64,000 nt of DNA from an uncultured bacterium (GTDB taxonomy: Bacteria > Verrucomicrobiota > Lentisphaeria > Victivallales > UBA1829): the NCBI GenBank assembly GCA_902780135.1, contig CACZEK010000013.1:46470-110469 (forward strand). Direction: 5' to 3'. Below the pieces are notes generated by a model. It worked only from the letters and a program-made list of their open reading frames with translations. It made no database searches and was not told the DNA's origin. Positions within the stretch are counted from its first letter, which is position 1. Every line of letters begins with the position of its first letter. Positions 58,263 through 64,000 of this stretch are shown piece by piece. A program made the translations under genes and the position numbers.

Positions 58263-58413
58263 GTAGCATTTTTATTCAAAAGAAAGCTCGCGTGTAATTT
58301 CAGAAAGTTGACTGCTCCTCAAAGGTATTTGCTAAGTCCTGCATTTGGCAACTTGACGGGATTTCATTCGGCAACTTGGCAAATTTGGTTGTCCCGGTCA
58401 ACCTTTTGCTTTT

Positions 58414-58899
58414 TCAGTCAGCCGCATCAGTATCAAGGACAACACTGAACGTCCAGCCCGGATATTGTGTTTCAAGTTTGGAAACGAGAGAATCACGAAC
58501 TTGACATGCATCGGCTGAAAGATTTACAACAAGATCAAACATCACCGTGTGTGCTGCCTCGTCTCCCAGAAAACCATGTACCTGCAGAATATCAGGACAC
58601 TGCCCGGCGATGGAATTGATGCTCCTGCTGATATCATCAAGCACAGGTGATGAGTCTGTTGAAGCATAAACGCCCAAGGTCAGAACAATCCCCAAACGTT
58701 CGAAAGCCAACAATGCGAGGGATCGGGTGAGAGAATGTATTTCGCGGGCACACAGTCCGTCCGGGACTTCCACATGGGCAATTATTCCGCTAATGTCCAG
58801 CCCGGCAAGTTTCGTGGACGTTAGCTGCCGACAAAAGGCGACCTTGGCATAAGTCAGGCTGTGACAGCTCCTATTCGGGAAAGCATCCAAAACTCGCAA
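58414..58899 (-). CDS. Cation-diffusion-facilitator C-terminal (ZT_dimer-like) domain protein; possibly a 5'-truncated CDF fragment
   Basis: 161 aa with a TTG start. 'ILQVHGFLGDEAAHTVMFDLVVNLSADACQVRDSLVSKLETQYPGWTFSVVLDTD' resembles the cytoplasmic CDF domain. The six-TM transport domain is absent. Confidence 0.4.
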   Translation of the reverse strand: MRVLDAFPNRSCHSLTYAKVAFCRQLTSTKLAGLDISGIIAHVEVPDGLCAREIHSLTRSLALLAFERLGIVLTLGVYASTDSSPVLDDISRSINSIAGQCPDILQVHGFLGDEAAHTVMFDLVVNLSADACQVRDSLVSKLETQYPGWTFSVVLDTDAAD

Positions 58900-58953
58900 G
58901 ATAATCGAATAGATCGCTTGACAAGTTCACCATCTTGGAGTTTCGATAATGTC

Positions 58954-59010
58954 AAAAAAATATACTAAAAAAGTATGCCGTGTCTCAGAGGTTGGTCCTC
59001 AGAGACACGG
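58954..59010 (-). terminator. Rho-independent terminator downstream of the GTPase gene
   Basis: CCGTGTCTCAGAGG (58978-58991) pairs with CCTCAGAGACACGG (58997-59010) in a 14-bp stem with 1 mismatch and loop TTGGT. On the minus strand it is followed by ...CTTTTTTAGTATATTTTTTTGAC. Confidence 0.7.
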
Positions 59011-59039
59011 CAGTGTTATGAACGGGTGATGCGATCGGA

Positions 59040-60131
59040 TCAGATCACGGTCTGATAACGGTAGGTCGGGTTCGGGCGACCGGGCATCAGGCATTTCAGA
59101 TTGATAATGGACGCGGCAACGCCGAAGGACGCAGCCGTTTCCGGGAGAATCTTTTCGACGGTCTTCTGGAGGTCGTCCGGGGACATCTGCACGCGTGCGT
59201 TGAGCGTCATGATGGCGGACGCGCCCTTCACACCGGAATCGCCGCGCATGTTCACGGTGCCGCCAATGGATCCGACGTTGCCGAGGATGACCTTGCCTTC
59301 GCTGGTGAGCGAGAGCTTGACGTGTCCGATCTCCGCCTTGTCGGCGAGGAACGCGTCTTTGAGCTTCGCGAGCAGGGATTCCGCAAACGCGTTCCAGTCG
59401 GTGTCAGCTGCGCCGGAAAGATTGATCGCGGCGTTCAGCCAGCCCAGGACGGCTTCGCCGTGGGCGTAGCGGTCATAATCCACCTCGGTCAGATGTGCGC
59501 CGGGCTTTCCGCCCGCGAGGATCTCGTCGATCCAGGCGTCGACGCCGTCGCCTTTGAGCGCGGAGACGGCCGTGGCGGGCGCGGCGAAGTTCTGCTTGAG
59601 CAGGGCGAGTTCTTCCTGAATCTGCGCGTCGGACAGCGTGTCGGCCTTGTTCAGCAGGATGCGGTCGGCTTCTTCGAGCTGACGCTTCACGATGTAGAGG
59701 GCGTCCGGGTGCGTGAGCGTCTGGACAAGCTCCAAGGCTTCTTTCAGGCGGACGGGGTCGACCAGCACGGTCAGCGGAGCCAGGTCGAGGTCCGGGAATT
59801 TGTCCTTGATCGGCTGGAGGATGGTGGCAGAGAGGTCGGTGCAGCTGCCGACTGGTTCCGCCACGATCAGGTTCGCGCCTGCGTCGATCAGTGACTGGAC
59901 GGCGGCCATGAATCCGGGGAAGTTGCAGCAGAAGCAGCTGCCGGATACTTCACGGACATCCACGCCCGTGCGGGTCAGGATGGCGGTGTCGACGAGGTCG
60001 GCAGCCTGGTCGTTGGTGATCAGGCCGACCTTGAAGCCGCGCCCGGTGAAACGTCCGGCGAGAGCGTTCAGCATGGTGGTTTTTCCGGCGGCCAGGAATC
60101 CGCCGACGAGGATCAGTTTGGTTTTGCTCAT
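59040..60131 (-). CDS. G3E-family P-loop GTPase (CobW/HypB/UreG-like) with a C-terminal domain
   Basis: 363 aa. P-loop 'LVGGFLAAGKTTML'. 'ITNDQA'. 'SGSCFCCNF' (the CobW-type GCxCC region). 'LLNKAD' (NKxD). Confidence 0.8.
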   Translation of the reverse strand: MSKTKLILVGGFLAAGKTTMLNALAGRFTGRGFKVGLITNDQAADLVDTAILTRTGVDVREVSGSCFCCNFPGFMAAVQSLIDAGANLIVAEPVGSCTDLSATILQPIKDKFPDLDLAPLTVLVDPVRLKEALELVQTLTHPDALYIVKRQLEEADRILLNKADTLSDAQIQEELALLKQNFAAPATAVSALKGDGVDAWIDEILAGGKPGAHLTEVDYDRYAHGEAVLGWLNAAINLSGAADTDWNAFAESLLAKLKDAFLADKAEIGHVKLSLTSEGKVILGNVGSIGGTVNMRGDSGVKGASAIMTLNARVQMSPDDLQKTVEKILPETAASFGVAASIINLKCLMPGRPNPTYRYQTVI

Positions 60132-60135
60132 GGTA

Positions 60136-60945
60136 TCAGTCTTTCTTTTTTCCGCAGCAGCAGTCGCTGCTTTGTCTGTTCATCAGGGGTTCGTAGAGTT
60201 TCGTGAAGAGGATCGAGGCGACAATGCCGCCGATGATCGGCGCCAGGATGTACACCCAGAAGGCTCCGCCGCAGGAATCGGGCTGCGCGGCCTTGCCCCA
60301 GCCCATGATCATGGCGACCACGCGGGGACCGAAGTCGCGCGCGGGGTTCAGTCCGGCCTGCGTCAGAGGCGCGACCAGGCAGATCACGGAGGACACGGTC
60401 AGGCCGATCCAGAGCGGCGCGGAGTCGCTGGAGGGACGTCCGACGTTGCAGCCTTCCGTGAGGGCGAAGATCAGGAAGACCAGCAGGAACGTGCCGAATC
60501 CCTCCGCGAAGCACGCCAGCCAGAACGGAACGGTCGCCGTCGGGTAATATTCGCCGAACATTCGCCCGGTTTTCACGGACGCTTCCGTGCCGCGTACGAT
60601 AGCGTGCGTTGTCTCGAAGTCCTGAATGGACGTGAAGAACAGCAGGTAAATGATCCAGCCCGCGGCGAACGCACCGAGGAACTGCGCGACCAGGTAGGTC
60701 GGGACCTTTTTCCAAGCCATGCGGCCGCTGCATGCCATCGCCATCGTGACGGCGGGGTTGAGGTGGGCGCAGCACAGATGCCGCGTCAGGTAAATGGAGA
60801 GGGTCACGCCGATGCCCCAGAACAGGGCGATCAGCGCCAGGCTCATGTGTGCTCCGAACAATGTATCGACCGCGACGGTGCCGCAGCCGAAGAGGACCAG
60901 GAGGAAGGTCCCCGAAAATTCACCGACAAAATCTCGTAATTTCAT
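60136..60945 (-). CDS. glpF: MIP-family channel, aquaglyceroporin (GlpF-like)
   Basis: 269 aa with six hydrophobic segments. Two NPA boxes, 'HLNPAVT' and 'GLNPARDFGPR'; the latter is GlpF-like. Confidence 0.85.
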   Translation of the reverse strand: MKLRDFVGEFSGTFLLVLFGCGTVAVDTLFGAHMSLALIALFWGIGVTLSIYLTRHLCCAHLNPAVTMAMACSGRMAWKKVPTYLVAQFLGAFAAGWIIYLLFFTSIQDFETTHAIVRGTEASVKTGRMFGEYYPTATVPFWLACFAEGFGTFLLVFLIFALTEGCNVGRPSSDSAPLWIGLTVSSVICLVAPLTQAGLNPARDFGPRVVAMIMGWGKAAQPDSCGGAFWVYILAPIIGGIVASILFTKLYEPLMNRQSSDCCCGKKKD

Positions 60946-61073
60946 AGGTTTTCAAACGTAATGGAATGTTGGGGGGATGCCGCGGAAAAACGCGGCAACG
61001 TGTGGAAACAGGCATGCATAATGCGCCCGTTTCCGAAGATGTGTGGGGGGGGAAATAGTGTTTCCGTGCCGGG

Positions 61074-63920
61074 TCAGCACGGAGGATCGCGCGCTTTTTT
61101 GTGCGGGATGCGATGGGACATGCTCCGCTGTTCATACCGGAAACACGTGTTTCCGTAACAGAGCGACTTCAGATAGAATCGTTTCAGATAAACGCCGTTG
61201 CAGGGCAGGAAATACAGTTCGATCATCCCCGCGATCATCAGGATTCCGGCGGCGGTCAGGAACACGAATCCGCCCAGCAGCACGGCGAGATTCAGCGACG
61301 CAAACGCCGCCAGCAGCAGGAGCAGAAGCAGGGAGACGCCCGCACTGCCGAGGAAAAGACACAGGTTTTCGGTCAGATACAGCATCACGAGCATCCGGCG
61401 CGACCAGCCGGTTTCTGCAAGCAGGACGGTCTCCGCCTCGCGGGCACGGAGATTCCGCATCATGAGCAGGACCAGCGCGCCGAATCCGAGCAGCGCGCCG
61501 AGCAGACCGAGTTGCAGGAAGATCGCCAGATAACGGTTCTGGAAGCGTTCTGCGCGGTTCATGAATTCGTCGGTTGAGCAGAGATTGAGGCCGAACGGCT
61601 CCAGATATTCGCGCCAGGCCACAACATCGGATTCACTTCGGATCAGGAAGAATTGTGCGCCCTCCGTTCCCGGGAAAAGCTTTTCAAAAGTATCAAGTCC
61701 GGTCAGGATGCCGCCCTGGAAGACCGACGCTTTCAGCACGCGGTCCAGCGTGAGCGAGCCGTTCGGATAGTCCACGGGATCGTGCTGTTTTTTCTGAAGA
61801 ATCCACACGAGCGAGCCCTCGTCGATCGCCGCCGAACCGTTATTCAAGAATCCGGGATCGCCGGTCAGCGCTTCGAGATCGACGCCGTACACGGTCGGAT
61901 TGGTCGCGAGCAGCAGATTGGAACAGTCCGCGCGGTCAGCGGCATGGACACGCACCGGGAGTCCGCCCGCCGGGAACGGTGCATCGTAGTCGGGGACGAC
62001 CGGCAGAAGCGTCATCGCGACGAACTGATATCCGAACGCGTCCTCGCCGCGCGACTTGATCCCGAACGCACCGACCCCGAGCGTGCCGAGATACCCCAGC
62101 ACCAGCAGGACTGCGCAGAGCGAATACTGGCGGCAGAGGCGCACGAACGACAGCATCCCGATCCGCCAGATCGGACGCACACAGGAGGAACGAGGCAAAG
62201 CGAGTTTTGTTTGATTCGAACTTGTCCGGCGGACGGAAAGCATCACGACCGTCCATGCGCACACCGCCGAAACGACAAACGCGATGAAGTAGGAAAGCGG
62301 GCGTCCGTGGAACCGGATGTGTTCCATCAGGACAATGCCGTTCCAGGAGTGTTCCAGCAGGAAGATCTGGATCCGGCACAGGAGTGTGCCGACCGCGAGT
62401 CCGGCAAGCATTCCGGGGATCAGGACGGCGGCGAACTCCGCGAGCAGGAACCGCCGTACACGCCTCAGCGGCATGTAGTCGCAGAGCAGCGCGAGTTCGG
62501 CGGCGCGGTCCTGAATGTGGAGTTTCAGGAGCATCGCCAGCACAAGCAACCCGGAAATGATGAGGAAGAAGCTCAGGCCGAGGAACAGAGGCGCGAACGG
62601 GACACCACGATTCACTTTGTCCGCCGTCGTGTTCATCAGATCATCCACGCGCTTGTATTCCGGCATGGTCCGAAGCGTTTTCAGCGTCTCCTGCCGGACG
62701 CGTTCCGCAGTCCAGTCTGGGGGAAAGAGCGCGGCCGTGCAGAGTCCGGGCGCGAACATCTCCTGCGCTTCTTCAAAGTTCAAATATACCTTCGGCTTGC
62801 TCCGGTACTCGTTCCAGTACGCCTCGTCCTCGTCCTTGATCCGATCGAAGTCGATCGGGATCGCAGCCTCCCAGCCGGAACAATCCGCGGAATCCGTCAG
62901 ACCGGGTATCTCCGGCGAAAGTACATCCGTGATCCTGGAATCGTCGATGGTTCCGGCGTGTTCGATTTTCGTCGTCTTCCGCTGAATCGTACGGAAAGAA
63001 CCGGATGTGAAATAGGAAAGCTCAACGGGGCCATTGAAATGCTCTTTCATGCCGGATGACACCAGCACATGGCCGCGTTCGACCGGGACAGGATCGCCGC
63101 GGATCGCTCCCGCGAAACAGTACGACAGGCTCGTTTTGCCGTCGGACAGCGTTTCCACGAACAGCGTCAGGACCGGCGTGGCCTCTTTCGGCAGAGCGTC
63201 CGAAACGGCTTTCGGCAGGAAATAGGATTTGCATTTCAGGACAGGATGTCCGTCCCATTCGTCCAGCGTCAACCCGGAAAGCTCCCACAGAAGATCGGCG
63301 GACGGGACCTCCGGTTCCCGCATCCAGACCTCGTTCACGGCGTTTTCCGGCAGGTCCAGCGCCTGCGTGAGTGCCTCGCGGCTCACGAAAAGATTGTCCG
63401 GCGGCAGTTGCGGATCGTCGAAATTGAGTTCGCTTTCGGGCCCGATCCACTCTCCGCACCACACAAACGGCGTCTGTTTAAGTTCGGGCGGCTTCCCCAT
63501 GGCGCTTTCCGCCGGGATCGTGCTCAATTCCGGGATGCGGACGGAAAGCATTTCGCCGGGCTTGAGGTTCAGCTTTTTCGCCAGTGCCGAACTGCCCCGG
63601 GCATCTCGTCCGGAAATGTCGTTGTCCGGCAGCGCATACACGTCGACCGGGATGCCGTCCTTCGTGAAACCTTTCACATGGAGCACGCCGCGTCCATTCT
63701 TCTGGACCGGACTGGTCACGGGGATCGCGAATCTCTGACGGTACCGCGCGACCGCCGCGTTGTTCGTCACGTTGTCCATCAACGTCCCGCGCACGCTGTC
63801 GCCGATCAGGAACGCACCCGTCAGGACCGCGCAGATCAGGCATGCCGCCGCGGTCAGCGACGCAAGCCCTTTCCAGTGATACCGGAGATCGCGCAGGAAC
63901 AGACGGGAGAGAGAGGTCAT
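61074..63920 (-). CDS. ABC transporter permease, FtsX/MacB-type with two FtsX domains
   Basis: 948 aa. The N-terminus 'FLRDLRYHWKGLASLTAAACLICAVLTGAFLIGDSVRGTL' is typical of FtsX-family permeases. There are large extracytoplasmic segments and two 4-TM clusters. The start overlaps the upstream ATPase stop (ATGA). Confidence 0.85.
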   Translation of the reverse strand: MTSLSRLFLRDLRYHWKGLASLTAAACLICAVLTGAFLIGDSVRGTLMDNVTNNAAVARYRQRFAIPVTSPVQKNGRGVLHVKGFTKDGIPVDVYALPDNDISGRDARGSSALAKKLNLKPGEMLSVRIPELSTIPAESAMGKPPELKQTPFVWCGEWIGPESELNFDDPQLPPDNLFVSREALTQALDLPENAVNEVWMREPEVPSADLLWELSGLTLDEWDGHPVLKCKSYFLPKAVSDALPKEATPVLTLFVETLSDGKTSLSYCFAGAIRGDPVPVERGHVLVSSGMKEHFNGPVELSYFTSGSFRTIQRKTTKIEHAGTIDDSRITDVLSPEIPGLTDSADCSGWEAAIPIDFDRIKDEDEAYWNEYRSKPKVYLNFEEAQEMFAPGLCTAALFPPDWTAERVRQETLKTLRTMPEYKRVDDLMNTTADKVNRGVPFAPLFLGLSFFLIISGLLVLAMLLKLHIQDRAAELALLCDYMPLRRVRRFLLAEFAAVLIPGMLAGLAVGTLLCRIQIFLLEHSWNGIVLMEHIRFHGRPLSYFIAFVVSAVCAWTVVMLSVRRTSSNQTKLALPRSSCVRPIWRIGMLSFVRLCRQYSLCAVLLVLGYLGTLGVGAFGIKSRGEDAFGYQFVAMTLLPVVPDYDAPFPAGGLPVRVHAADRADCSNLLLATNPTVYGVDLEALTGDPGFLNNGSAAIDEGSLVWILQKKQHDPVDYPNGSLTLDRVLKASVFQGGILTGLDTFEKLFPGTEGAQFFLIRSESDVVAWREYLEPFGLNLCSTDEFMNRAERFQNRYLAIFLQLGLLGALLGFGALVLLMMRNLRAREAETVLLAETGWSRRMLVMLYLTENLCLFLGSAGVSLLLLLLLAAFASLNLAVLLGGFVFLTAAGILMIAGMIELYFLPCNGVYLKRFYLKSLCYGNTCFRYEQRSMSHRIPHKKARDPPC

Positions 63921-64000
63921 AAGCTCATCGATCGGGGGAAGAAGTCGAGCACGCGCGGATTGTGTGTGACCATCAGGATCGCGGTCCCGTGCGTGCGGTT
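63917..64000 (-). CDS. ABC transporter ATP-binding protein, 3' end only (partial at the window edge)
   Basis: The reverse translation ends '...NRTHGTAILMVTHNPRVLDFFPRSMSL*', the H-loop region typical of MacB/LolD-type ATPases. The stop overlaps the permease ATG. Confidence 0.8.
   Translation of the reverse strand, partial: NRTHGTAILMVTHNPRVLDFFPRSMSL

Noticed and set aside
58347-58378. Two GGCAACTTG direct repeats resembling a sigma-54 -24/-12 pattern.
   Set aside because: The GG-to-GC spacing is wrong (9 nt, or no GC at all). The site also lies at the 3' ends of neighbouring features with no downstream gene to drive.

Overview
This is a 64-kb GC-rich segment (roughly 60% G+C by eye, with clear AT-rich patches) from a diderm bacterium. 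I cannot assign a taxon from the sequence alone. There are no rRNA or tRNA genes and no CRISPR array. The window has four parts.

(1) 250-12599: an ~11.6-kb islet bracketed by ~350-390-bp direct repeats. It carries an HTH-fused AAA-ATPase/PD-(D/E)XK gene and a tightly coupled five-gene type I R-M operon, hsdM-hsdS-[577-aa HEPN protein]-[RelA/SpoT-type nucleotidyltransferase]-hsdR. The two inserted genes are conspicuously AT-rich. This embedded pair is my best candidate for an undescribed defence module.

(2) 13365-37380: a complete T6SS(i)-type cluster in two convergent arms. The plus arm is tssC2-tssE-tssF-tssG-PAAR-vgrG-unknown-tssJ-like-tssK-tssL-tssM. The minus arm is tssA-tssB-tssC-hcp-clpV. 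Its oddities are:
- a second, tssB-less tssC paralog
- a VgrG with a ~380-aa hydrophobic C-terminal extension
- an uncharacterised EAK-rich protein after vgrG
- a Q/P-rich TssL tail and an oversized TssM
- three exact 17-bp repeats at 27-bp spacing upstream of tssA

(3) 38300-56701:
- an IS3-family remnant next to an apparently 5'-truncated gene
- three hybrid sensor kinases, one of them an APC-permease-kinase fusion, with two sharing near-identical transmitter modules
- an orphan 3' gene fragment
- a ~1700-aa RTX protein with both C10-like and C11-like cysteine protease domains

(4) 57116-64000:
- ordinary membrane/transport genes: a polyprenol-kinase-like protein, a G3E GTPase, a GlpF-like aquaporin, and an FtsX-type ABC permease followed by the 3' end of its ATPase
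- two decayed gene fragments

Many long ORFs on the opposite strand or in alternate frames of these genes are GC-driven shadow ORFs and are not called.
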